A stretch of 63,294 nucleotides of DNA, the filler included. It is 3 parts of 3 records of this genome, joined end to end, with 100 filler letters (N's around TTAATTAATTAA, not from the genome) between each part and the next. Parts side by side here need not be neighbours in the genome. Positions count along the whole stretch, not along the records: positions 1 to 13,233 come from SRR2962707_1125; positions 13,334 to 42,028 come from SRR2962707_1126; 1 more part is not named here. One strand, given 5' to 3'. A program made the position numbers and the translations under genes. The notes under the pieces were generated by a model that made no database searches, had not been told where the DNA came from, and was given only the letters and a program-made list of their open reading frames with translations. This document shows positions 10,216 to 19,220 of this stretch, in pieces (position 1 is the stretch's first letter; every line of letters starts with the position of its first letter).

Positions 10216-10943
10216 GGTCCAGCGCCCTTTTGCTCGCCTGCGCCCTGCCCCTGTCGGCCGCGGCCGCCGAGATGCGCTTTACCGGCCAGGCGATGCCGTT
10301 GAACGGCGACAACCTGCTCTATGAAGAGCAGCACGTGGTCACAGGCAAGTGCACCGATGGCCTTTTCCGACCCGCCTCCCACAACGTGACTTACCTTCGC
10401 AGTAACGGTGAGCCATTTGCTGAAAAGACGCTGTCTTACGAACAATCGACGTTGCGTCCAGCGATGACCTTCCGACAGCCGGGTTTCAATGAAGTCATGG
10501 AGATCCGCAACCGGGATGACGCGACGCTGGAAATCGAGTGGCAGACTCCGGAAGGCGACACGGAAAACTCGACGGTGGAGGTCACCCGGAAACTGGTGGC
10601 AGATGCGGGCTTCGACAATCTGGTCCGCAACCACTGGCCCGAGGTCACTTCCGGTGACCGCATCGAATTCAACTTTCTGGCGCCCACACGGGGCAAAGCC
10701 TATGGCTTTGTACTGGAGCCTGCGAAGGACGACCGCATCAACGCCACACATACGGTGCTGATAGAGCCCTCGAGCACAATCCTGAGCTTTCTGGTTGACC
10801 CGATCCTCCTGGGCTATAACGACAACGGCGCGCTGACGGACTACCTTGGGTTGACCAATATCCGCAAGGATAAGGACTCAAACTACACCGCCCATATCCG
10901 CTATGCCGTGGACACCGCTCCGGATTGTGAACTGACCCGCTGA
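10212..10943 (+). CDS. Secreted hypothetical protein
   Basis: Signal peptide MRSSALLLACALPLSAAAA; VADAGFDN motif; ATGA overlap with previous gene. Confidence 0.7.
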   Translation: MRSSALLLACALPLSAAAAEMRFTGQAMPLNGDNLLYEEQHVVTGKCTDGLFRPASHNVTYLRSNGEPFAEKTLSYEQSTLRPAMTFRQPGFNEVMEIRNRDDATLEIEWQTPEGDTENSTVEVTRKLVADAGFDNLVRNHWPEVTSGDRIEFNFLAPTRGKAYGFVLEPAKDDRINATHTVLIEPSSTILSFLVDPILLGYNDNGALTDYLGLTNIRKDKDSNYTAHIRYAVDTAPDCELTR

Positions 10944-11050
10944 ATCCGTCCTTGCAGCCAAGGCGGACACACCGACCTGTTGTGGTAGACTTGCGGTTTC
11001 CTGACACACCCTGACAATCGCCAAAACTGCAAAACAGAAGGTTTCCGCCG

Positions 11051-11863
11051 ATGATGTTTGTCTCATTCAACGTCAACAGTATCCGCACGCGGCTGCATCA
11101 GCTTGAGGCCGTGATTGATAGCCTGAACCCGGATTTTATCGGCCTGCAGGAAACCAAGGTAACCGACGAGGAGTTCCCGGAGGACGCCATTCGCGAACTC
11201 GGCTACCACGTTCACTTCCATGGCCAGAAGACTCATTACGGCGTTGCTCTTCTTTCCCGCCAGGCGCCGGACAGCGTCCAGAAAGGCTACCCGTGGGACG
11301 GAGAGGACTCCCAACGCAGGCTGATTACCGGCCACTTCACGGTCAATGGCCGCAAACTTACGGTGATCAACGGTTATTTTCCCCAGGGCGAGAGCCGAGA
11401 CCACCCGATAAAGTTTCCCGCCAAGGAAAAATTCTACGCGGACCTGATGCGCTACCTGGACGACCTGAAAGCCGCCAACGGTGAGATTGTGGTAATGGGC
11501 GATATGAATATCTCGCCTACTGACCAGGACATCGGCATCGGTGCCGACAACGCCAAGCGCTGGCTGAGAACCGGCAAATGCAGCTTTCTTCCGGAAGAGC
11601 GTGAATGGCTGGGACAGGTCGAAAGTCGTGGTTTCACGGACGTGTTTCGACACCTGCACCCCGAGGAATCTGACACCTTCAGCTGGTTTGATTACCGCAG
11701 CAAGGGCTTTGACAGGGACCCACGCCGCGGCCTGAGGATCGACCTGATCATGGCCAGTGACCCGCTTCTACCCAAGGCGGAAGAAGCAGGCGTCAGCTAC
11801 GATATTCGCGCCATGGAGCGGCCTTCGGACCATTGTCCGGTGTGGGCTCGTTTCTCGCTTTGA
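11051..11863 (+). CDS. xthA: Exodeoxyribonuclease III
   Basis: [34 protein letters not shown]. Confidence 0.95.
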   Translation: MMFVSFNVNSIRTRLHQLEAVIDSLNPDFIGLQETKVTDEEFPEDAIRELGYHVHFHGQKTHYGVALLSRQAPDSVQKGYPWDGEDSQRRLITGHFTVNGRKLTVINGYFPQGESRDHPIKFPAKEKFYADLMRYLDDLKAANGEIVVMGDMNISPTDQDIGIGADNAKRWLRTGKCSFLPEEREWLGQVESRGFTDVFRHLHPEESDTFSWFDYRSKGFDRDPRRGLRIDLIMASDPLLPKAEEAGVSYDIRAMERPSDHCPVWARFSL

Positions 11864-11885
11864 ACCCACCTCGCCGGGCCGCGAC

Positions 11886-12515
11886 ATGAAAAAAATGAAA
11901 ACCCGCGACCGTATACTTGAGGCCAGCCTGATGCTGTTCAACAGCATCGGCGAGCCCAACGTAACCACCCTGTTGATTTCGGACGAACTGGAGATCAGCC
12001 CCGGCAACCTCTATTACCACTTCAAGAGCAAGGGCGATATTGTCGGGGAACTGTTTGCCAGCTATGAACACGAAATGCACGACCTGCTGGCGGTTCCGGA
12101 AGACGCGACCATCAGCCTGGACCAGCAGAGTTTTTTCCTGCATCTGTTGTTCGAAACCGTCGCCCGCTACCGATTCCTGTATCAGGATCTGGTGAACGTC
12201 CTGTCCCGATACGAGCAGCTTCAAACCCGCTTCCGGCGCATTCTGAAAAAGAAAACCCATGGTTTCAGGGTCATCTGCGAGAGCTTTCGACGCCAGGGCG
12301 TCATGGAGATTACCGATGGGGAGCTGGATGCACTCTGCGACCAGTTGACGCTCACCGCCTGCTATTGGAGCAGCTTCGACAGCCTGTCGCATCTGGATGA
12401 CCGCGACTCCATGGACCCGGGCCGCGGTGTTTACCAGATGATGCACTTGCTATTGCCCTACCTGGGCCCGGATGAAAAAGAACAGATTTACCTGATGAGC
12501 CGGGATTACCTCTGA
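11886..12515 (+). CDS. TetR-family regulator (PhaD-like)
   Basis: MKTRDRILEAS..LFN..GEPNVTT..I..EL.ISPGNLYYHF; convergent with a phasin. Confidence 0.85.
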   Translation: MKKMKTRDRILEASLMLFNSIGEPNVTTLLISDELEISPGNLYYHFKSKGDIVGELFASYEHEMHDLLAVPEDATISLDQQSFFLHLLFETVARYRFLYQDLVNVLSRYEQLQTRFRRILKKKTHGFRVICESFRRQGVMEITDGELDALCDQLTLTACYWSSFDSLSHLDDRDSMDPGRGVYQMMHLLLPYLGPDEKEQIYLMSRDYL

Positions 12516-12537
12516 CATCAACGGCCGGAAGCGAGCA

Positions 12538-12957
12538 TCATTCCTCTTCGGAGCGGTCCTCGGTCTGCTCCCTGAGGCGTTGGAGTTCCGCTTCCAGGGC
12601 CTGAATCCGGCGTTCCATGGCTTCGATTTCGTCCCGACGGTGAATACCCAATCGACGCAACGCGCCGGACACGCGCTCATCAAACATGTTCTCGAGGCGG
12701 TCCCAGGTGCCAGTGGCCTTTTCCCGCACATCGTCCACACGGTCTTCCACTGTGCGTACGTGCTTTTCGACCACGCCGCGGGTCTTACTCTCCAACTGCT
12801 CGCCTTCCTGAACCAGACGCTCAAAGAAGCGACCAGCGTCCTCCTCGGCCTTGGTGTAGGCACCGAGCCCGGCCAGCCAGATCTGCCGCGCAGACCCTTT
12901 TATTTTACCCGCCAGCTGCTCGTCGTTTTCCGGCGTGTTTTCGTTTTCGTCAGACAT
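12538..12957 (-). CDS. Phasin family protein (PhaF/PhaI-like granule-associated)
   Basis: SARQIWLAGLGAY, FERLVQEG, WDRLE..FDERV..AL.RLG. Confidence 0.9.
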   Translation of the reverse strand: MSDENENTPENDEQLAGKIKGSARQIWLAGLGAYTKAEEDAGRFFERLVQEGEQLESKTRGVVEKHVRTVEDRVDDVREKATGTWDRLENMFDERVSGALRRLGIHRRDEIEAMERRIQALEAELQRLREQTEDRSEEE

Positions 12958-13233
12958 GCAAAACCTCGGAGGCGTTGGACTCTCAATGGCTCATTATTGT
13001 ATTACAGCGGGCACTGAATTTCAGTCAACAGGCCAATATCTCTGCGTCAGGGCTGAAACCAAATCGCCTGAAAGGCCCACAGCGAGCGGCTTTAGTATAA
13101 GCACACTTTCAATATGAAAAAATGTGATCAAACGAATCGCTCACTGGCTTGAAGTGTTCAAAATATGGTCAATACTTCACTGTACCGGTGTCCCTGCTGA
13201 TGCCGGTTTGTCTGGAAGTCTTTCATGGATACT

Positions 13234-13333
13234 NNNNNNNNNNNNNNNNNNNNNNNNNNNNNNNNNNNNNNNNNNNNTTAATTAATTAANNNNNNNNNNN
13301 NNNNNNNNNNNNNNNNNNNNNNNNNNNNNNNNN
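13234..13333. other. Artificial contig spacer (N44-TTAATTAATTAA-N44)
   Basis: N runs around a six-frame stop 12-mer; abrupt change from GC-rich to AT-rich sequence and from gammaproteobacterial to Bacteroidota genes. Confidence 0.97.
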
Positions 13334-13347
13334 AATGGTATAAAATG

Positions 13348-13383
13348 AAAAATCCCGTAAACATTGATGGTTTACGGGGTTTT
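13348..13383 (-). terminator. Hairpin/terminator next to the tRNA 3' fragment
   Basis: AAAAATCCCGTAAAC-attgatg-GTTTACGGGGTTTT inverted repeat. Confidence 0.6.
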
Positions 13384-13405
13384 GTTGGAGCTTATTCCGC
13401 TCTCA

Positions 13406-13418
13406 GCGGAGAAAGAGG
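13406..13418 (-). mobile_element. Probable att site: displaced 3' end of tRNA-Ser
   Basis: Minus strand reads CCTCTTTCTCCGC, like the Bacteroidota tRNA-Ser 3' end (…GAATCCCTCTTTCTCCGC). The match stops after 13 nt, and no tRNA body is present. Confidence 0.55.
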
Positions 13419-13629
13419 AACTACATCTTTTTGGATTTTTTGAGGATTTATAATGTCTTGAAGAGGGTTGAAAATTGACTGACACCTAATTGGACAAACT
13501 TTAACATTTTTAACATTTTACAGTTATATTTTGCTCATAAATAAACTATTATGTTCTAAGATTGGAATATTAAGTCTAATATTATTTAATCTATGAATAA
13601 AAGTCGAATAGGAGGTTTAAGTCTTTTAA

Positions 13630-15177
13630 CTAACTATTTTTAAAAATATCATGAAATGCGCTCTCTATCATTTTAATCTCATCATCTTTTAATTCCTCAA
13701 AATGTTTCTCTCGTTTATTTTTTGAAAGTTTCCCTTGATTTTGATTTAAAAATTTAATTAATAAATCTACTTCATGGTCTGGTAGGGTTATATGGTTGTT
13801 TATAAACTGTGTCAAGTGGTCATATTTCTCCAAATAATCCAATTCTTCGGGAATAATTTTTTCAATAGTGTCTGCTACACAACTATATATAAACTCCGCT
13901 TGTTTTGTAAGATCAAAATAACGGTAAAGATCCCCAGTTTCATTTAGTATTTCTACATTATGATTAGGCGTTTCTTTCCATTGGATTAAATCGATTCTAG
14001 GTGATGAGAAATCTTCTAATATATCTTGATATTCGTCGATACGTTCCAAAATAGCTGATGATACTGGAAAAATAACGCCTCTTTTTGTGTACCCCATTCT
14101 AGTGAGTATATGATGGATAAAATAACGATGAATTCTACCATTACCATCTGACAAAGGGTGGATAAAAACAAAACCAAAAGCTATGGTTGCTGCTGCTAAT
14201 ACAGGGTCATATCCCGCCGCCTGTAAAACTGCATTCGTTTCAAGTAAACCATCCACCAAAGAAGGTAAGTCTTTAGCGCTGGCAGATATATGATCCGGCA
14301 TTGGCGTAAAGGTTTCTCTATCGTGTTCACCTATAAAACCTTCCCCTTTTCTTATACCCATATTGCGTAGCTTTTTATTTCCAATTACAATATCTTGCAA
14401 ACGTTCGATTTCCTCAAGGCTAAGAGGTGTTTTACCCGACAATCCAATTGCTTTACCCCAATTTCGAGCTCGCATATTTGGAGGATATTCTCCTTCAATG
14501 GCAAAAGAAGCCTTGGAATCCTTCAATAATAAAAATGCGGCAGTCCTTCGTACCAAATCTTTATTTCTTTTCCCTAAGCCTGTTTCAATAGCTTCGGATA
14601 ACCTCTTTTGCAGATAATGTTCAATTGTTTTCGTTTTACGTATCATCGGACAAAAACCTGGTGTTCCCGGTAAATTGTTTTTGACACGATGTCTCGTTGA
14701 ATTTGTGGCTGCTATGGTAAACTGCAAGGTATCATCAACAATAGCAACATAACTTCCTTTCTTGAGGTCTGGTATGTTTAATTTTTCTCCTAATAGCCAT
14801 TCATATAAGAACCATGCCTTTCTAGTGTATTGACTTGTAGGTTCTTCTTCCCACATGGTTATAATGATCTCTTTTCCTAATGTTTCAAAAAATTTCTTTA
14901 AGATATAAAGATCTAGTGCTTCATATTTTAGCGCAAAAACCAAATGACTTTTCAAATCATTGCTTGGTTTGTGTCTAACGGTAAATACTTTCCAGTTTTC
15001 TGTATCATACCGTTGATGTTTTTCGGTTGCCATGGCAAGGGTATCTGGTAAGGGAATAGCTAGCCCACATTGGCTTTCAAGTACTTTTATCAATAAAGTA
15101 TACCCCACTAAAAAACCTTGTTCGGGTAATGTTCGGCCGTGAAAAACAGTTACTTGCTGTGAAAAATAATTACTCAT
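13630..15177 (-). CDS. Fic family protein
   Basis: Fic motif HPLSDGNGRIHR; SFAIEGE motif. Confidence 0.9.
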   Translation of the reverse strand: MSNYFSQQVTVFHGRTLPEQGFLVGYTLLIKVLESQCGLAIPLPDTLAMATEKHQRYDTENWKVFTVRHKPSNDLKSHLVFALKYEALDLYILKKFFETLGKEIIITMWEEEPTSQYTRKAWFLYEWLLGEKLNIPDLKKGSYVAIVDDTLQFTIAATNSTRHRVKNNLPGTPGFCPMIRKTKTIEHYLQKRLSEAIETGLGKRNKDLVRRTAAFLLLKDSKASFAIEGEYPPNMRARNWGKAIGLSGKTPLSLEEIERLQDIVIGNKKLRNMGIRKGEGFIGEHDRETFTPMPDHISASAKDLPSLVDGLLETNAVLQAAGYDPVLAAATIAFGFVFIHPLSDGNGRIHRYFIHHILTRMGYTKRGVIFPVSSAILERIDEYQDILEDFSSPRIDLIQWKETPNHNVEILNETGDLYRYFDLTKQAEFIYSCVADTIEKIIPEELDYLEKYDHLTQFINNHITLPDHEVDLLIKFLNQNQGKLSKNKREKHFEELKDDEIKMIESAFHDIFKNS

Positions 15178-15354
15178 AGATAATTTTATGAAAAATGATA
15201 TACAAATATAGCATGAAAAGCAATTACTTTACATGAAAAGTAGTTATTTTTTAATAAACAACATGAAATTTGATTATTCCTGACGAGATTATAAACTTTA
15301 GTTAATTTAACCAAATAGGATTGTGCATTCATACGAAATCTTATTAGTATATAG

Positions 15355-15438
15355 CTATCCAATATTCTCGAAAATTAAACTCGCAAAATATTTCTCGAAA
15401 AAGGGACGGCATAAAGCCGTTCCGCTGTCTCTTTTTAT
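15355..15438 (+). repeat. 84-bp direct repeat, copy 1
   Basis: Matches 31092-31175 at 79/84 positions by manual alignment; contains hairpin GGGACGGC-ATAAA-GCCGTTCC. Confidence 0.9.
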
Positions 15439-15476
15439 ATACGTTTGCCATCACGTTCCTCAGCTACTACATCGAA

Positions 15477-15695
15477 TTAGCCCATAGCAGAAGGCCAAAT
15501 ATTGTTTTTGATACAGTCTTTGATTTTAAGCATATCACCGTCAATATCATCTACGCCAAGTACTTTCCCATACTTATCAATGCCAATATAGATTAGACCA
15601 CCTTCAAAATAATTGAGAAAAGCAATTACTTCCTTTTCCATATCCAGATCTTTGGTGAGTTTCTCTTTGTATTCTATACGATTTGTTTCGGGCAT
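15477..15695 (-). pseudogene. AlbA_2/Schlafen-like DNA-binding domain fragment
   Basis: MPETNRIEYKE...KEVIAFLN..GGLIYIGIDK.GKVLGV; only 72 aa and ends beside repeat copy 1. Confidence 0.75.
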
Positions 15696-16023
15696 TATCA
15701 GTAATTTAGCGTAAAAATAATCTTTTCAGGTAAAAATAGAAGCCTTTTCTAAAAAAGCTGCCATATAATTATGGGGTTTAATCACGGTTTTCTTTTTGTA
15801 TACTCCTAGTGCAGTCTTTATAGGTGAATACTTTTTGGAAGTCTATTTATAATATCTGTTATATATGTAGTGATTTTCAATAAATCTATTTTTTAAATAT
15901 TTATAAAAGATTTTTTAGGAGCATTTTTAAATGGCAGGTGTGCCTGCTGCACAAGTTAGAAAAAATTTGACGTAGGATTGCTATTAATTTTTTATTGGAT
16001 TCATAACTTGAAGTATTCTACAG

Positions 16024-16058
16024 CTTTAAATTAACTTTAGAATTCCCAAATACATTTG
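16024..16058 (+). promoter_or_regulatory. Operator/promoter motif 1 (CTTTA 11-bp tandem + -7 box)
   Basis: CTTTAaattaa CTTTAG N10 TACATTTG upstream of PAP2. Confidence 0.75.
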
Positions 16059-16122
16059 ACATAAAATAAGAAAATCACAATAAACTATGTAATGTGATTT
16101 CAATGATATTATACTTATAAAA

Positions 16123-16902
16123 ATGTATATGACTCTTAGAAAGAAAGAATTAACTTTTGTAATGCTCCTCTTTTTGTTTGCTGGTTTTAGTCAAAAGAAA
16201 ATAGACAAAGATTCCTTATCAGTTAAGGATACATCGAATATCAATTTTCAATATAAATCACTTATTATCCCTTCTGCCCTTATTGGTTATGGTCTTTTGG
16301 CCACTGAAAGTCATACTTTGATTGATTTCAATGGAGAAATTAAAGAAGAAGTAAATGAACATATTGATAAGAAGTTTACTATTGACGATATCTCTCAGTA
16401 TGCTCCAGCTGTGGCAGTGTATGGTATAAATTTAGCTGGAGTTAAGGGGAGAAATAATTTAAGGGATAGAACTATTATCTTGGGGACTGCCTATTTGATT
16501 ATGGGATCGAGTGTTACTGGGTTAAAAGCTATTACTAGAATAGAGAGACCCGATGGGACTTCTCGAAATTCATTCCCTTCAGGCCATACTGCCACAGCGT
16601 TTATGGGTGCTGAATTTTTATATCAAGAGTATAAAGACGTTTCTATTTGGTATGGAATTGCGGGCTATGCTGTGGCAACAGGAACAGGTTTTTTTAGGAT
16701 CTATAACGACAGACATTGGTTTAGTGATGTTATAGCTGGGGCTGGGATAGGGATTCTTAGTACTAAAATCGCTTATTGGATTCATCCCTTTATTAATAAA
16801 AAAATATTTCTCAATCATACTAAAGAAAAAAGATTTGATAAAGCATTTGCTCCATTTTACAATGGTAGGGAGATGGGTGTGGGAGCTGTGATTCGATTTT
16901 AA
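16123..16902 (+). CDS. PAP2 family phosphatase
   Basis: K....RP, SFPSGHT, RIYNDRHWFSDV. Confidence 0.9.
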   Translation: MYMTLRKKELTFVMLLFLFAGFSQKKIDKDSLSVKDTSNINFQYKSLIIPSALIGYGLLATESHTLIDFNGEIKEEVNEHIDKKFTIDDISQYAPAVAVYGINLAGVKGRNNLRDRTIILGTAYLIMGSSVTGLKAITRIERPDGTSRNSFPSGHTATAFMGAEFLYQEYKDVSIWYGIAGYAVATGTGFFRIYNDRHWFSDVIAGAGIGILSTKIAYWIHPFINKKIFLNHTKEKRFDKAFAPFYNGREMGVGAVIRF

Positions 16903-16957
16903 CTAATAAACCCGTTATACTATTTCGTTATTTCTTGAGCTTCTTGAATAGTACGCT

Positions 16958-16992
16958 CTTTAAAATAACTTTAGAATTGAGAGATATATTTG
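16958..16992 (+). promoter_or_regulatory. Operator/promoter motif 2
   Basis: CTTTAaaataa CTTTAG N10 TATATTTG upstream of TolC operon. Confidence 0.75.
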
Positions 16993-17013
16993 TTTATCCT
17001 ATAAAGTAAATTT

Positions 17014-18294
17014 GTGCGAACTATTCTTTTTTATAGCTTTTTGTTTTTGTGTACTAGTTCTATAATAGGACAAGAACAAAAGAACCTGGAATATTTTATT
17101 AATCAAGCAAAGGAACATTTGCCAAGTGTAAAGGAAATTGAAAACCTCAAACGGATAGGGGAGTTACAATATGAGGTTATCAAGGCTCAAAACAATGCAT
17201 TTCAGGTCAACGCTACAACAGATGTATTAGTAGCTCCTTATTTTAATAATGATGGAAAGTTTATTGACATTACTACAAATCCTTCTAATAATGCCTATGG
17301 TTATGATGTGGGCATTACAAATGGAGGACTTTATTCTGCACAAGTTAATATTACCAAATCCTTATTTAATAAAAAATTGTTGGATGGACTCTTATTACAA
17401 AGTAAACTAACCAATGAAGGAGTATTACTTTCATCGGAGGCCATAGTGCATACTTTAATTAAAAACATTACTGACACCTATATACTGGCTTATCAACAAC
17501 AATTAAAAATCGAATTTGCCGATGAGATTTTAGCGGTACTTAGACAAAGACTTGATGTGGTTGCGGTATTGGTTAAAAACGGAATTCTTTCCAGTAGTGA
17601 CTATTTATTGTTAAAACTTGATTTAGATACAAAAAATATTGAACTTCAGCAATATAGTACAGCTTTCAATACTACTATAATTCAACTGTATTCCCTATGT
17701 GGAATTACAGCTGAAAAAACAGAAAGTTTGCTCCCTCCAATATTGGATTACAAAGAGAATCCAAAAACTTTCTTTTACCTGAAAAAATATCGAAATGACA
17801 GTTTACAACTCAAGTCTGATGAGCAGGTTTTATTGAATCGGTATAAACCAAATTTGTCATTTTATGGAAATACAGGTGTTAATGCGGTGGAACTTTCACA
17901 TATTAATCATAAAATTGGAGCCAGTGTGGGTTTACATCTTGACATTCCTATCTATGATGGGAACAGGCGAAAGTATATGCTGGATCAATATAAATTGAAA
18001 AAGGAAAATTTAGAAAGGTATAAGAAAAATGATGCCGTTAAGCTGAATAATGATCTAAAGGCATTGCATAATCAGGTAGACGCCTTACAGAATCAAATGA
18101 TTCTGCTTAATAAACAATTGGATCAGTATGCCCATATCCAAGAAATCTATAAAGAAAAGTTCGTGCAGGGACAGGTTTCTATTGTTGATTATTTAAATGT
18201 GATTCAGAATTATAAATCGAACATGTATACCAAATTACAAGCACAAACAAATTTATGGCTTTTAAAAAGTCAGTTTAACTATACAAATTGGTAA
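17014..18294 (+). CDS. TolC family outer membrane efflux protein
   Basis: Signal peptide, helical repeats, LDIPIYDG; first gene of TolC-MFP-RND operon. Confidence 0.8.
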   Translation: MRTILFYSFLFLCTSSIIGQEQKNLEYFINQAKEHLPSVKEIENLKRIGELQYEVIKAQNNAFQVNATTDVLVAPYFNNDGKFIDITTNPSNNAYGYDVGITNGGLYSAQVNITKSLFNKKLLDGLLLQSKLTNEGVLLSSEAIVHTLIKNITDTYILAYQQQLKIEFADEILAVLRQRLDVVAVLVKNGILSSSDYLLLKLDLDTKNIELQQYSTAFNTTIIQLYSLCGITAEKTESLLPPILDYKENPKTFFYLKKYRNDSLQLKSDEQVLLNRYKPNLSFYGNTGVNAVELSHINHKIGASVGLHLDIPIYDGNRRKYMLDQYKLKKENLERYKKNDAVKLNNDLKALHNQVDALQNQMILLNKQLDQYAHIQEIYKEKFVQGQVSIVDYLNVIQNYKSNMYTKLQAQTNLWLLKSQFNYTNW

Positions 18295-18296
18295 TT

Positions 18297-19220
18297 ATGA
18301 AGATAGATATCTCAAAATTCTATTTGGTATTCATTTTTTTGATAATAGCGATTGGATGCAATACACCTCCTGTACCTCAAAATAAAGCTAAGACCTTTGT
18401 TAGGGTTCAAACAACAACAGTTAAAAAAGGTACTATTGATCAATATCGTTTATTTAATGGAGTTACCAAATATCAGCGAAAGGAAGCTATCCGAGCCAAC
18501 GTAACTGGATATATTTCTACAATCAATTTTGAGGTTGGTAATTCTATTAATAAAGGGCAAGTTTTATGCTACATAAGAACAAAAGAACAACAAGCTCTTG
18601 GAGCTGCTGTAAAAATAGATAGTTCTCTGGCAAAACTTACCATTCCTATGGATATAAAAAGTAAGGCGACTGGGGTAGTTTCCATTATAAATTATAATGA
18701 GAATAGTTATGTTTCAGAAGGGGCTATTATAGCCACTGTTACACAACCAAATTCGTTGACTATACAAGTAAGTATTCCTTTCGATCAAAGTAAAGAAATA
18801 AACAAGGGAATGCCTTGTGAGGTTATTTTAAAAGACACCACCATCAATGCTAAAATTAGTCAACAATTGCCCATAATTGAACCTTTGACCCAAAATCAAC
18901 AATTTTTAATTGAAATGCCAAAGATTGTTTTACCAGAAAGCTTAAAAGTACAGATTCGAATGTTGGGAAAAATAGCTATGAATGCGATGGTACTTCCCAA
19001 ATCTGCCATACAGACTAATGAACTGCAAAATAAGTTTTGGGTTATGAAAGTTTTAAATGATTCTTTAGCTGTAAAAATTAATGTAATTCCATTATTGGAA
19101 AATGATTCTTTGGTTCAAATAAAATCAACTATGTTAGATTATAAAGATACTATTATTATTAAGGGAGCATATCAATTACAAGATACTACTGTAGTCCGTA
19201 TTGAAAATCCAGCGCCATGA
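18297..19220 (+). CDS. RND efflux periplasmic adaptor (MFP) lipoprotein
   Basis: Lipobox IAIGC, lipoyl-like halves, LPKSAI; between TolC and RND. Confidence 0.85.
   Translation: MKIDISKFYLVFIFLIIAIGCNTPPVPQNKAKTFVRVQTTTVKKGTIDQYRLFNGVTKYQRKEAIRANVTGYISTINFEVGNSINKGQVLCYIRTKEQQALGAAVKIDSSLAKLTIPMDIKSKATGVVSIINYNENSYVSEGAIIATVTQPNSLTIQVSIPFDQSKEINKGMPCEVILKDTTINAKISQQLPIIEPLTQNQQFLIEMPKIVLPESLKVQIRMLGKIAMNAMVLPKSAIQTNELQNKFWVMKVLNDSLAVKINVIPLLENDSLVQIKSTMLDYKDTIIIKGAYQLQDTTVVRIENPAP

Noticed and set aside
13278-13289. TTAATTAATTAA palindrome (also 42073-42084) as a biological site
   Set aside because: Six-frame stop linker embedded in N runs; assembly artefact
13406-13418. Complete tRNA gene
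   Set aside because: Only 13 nt of the 3' end; no T-loop GTTCGAA or anticodon arm
13630-15695. Fic + AlbA as an intact toxin-antitoxin or defence pair
   Set aside because: AlbA is a 72-aa fragment separated from Fic by a repeat or junction; no evidence of a functional pair
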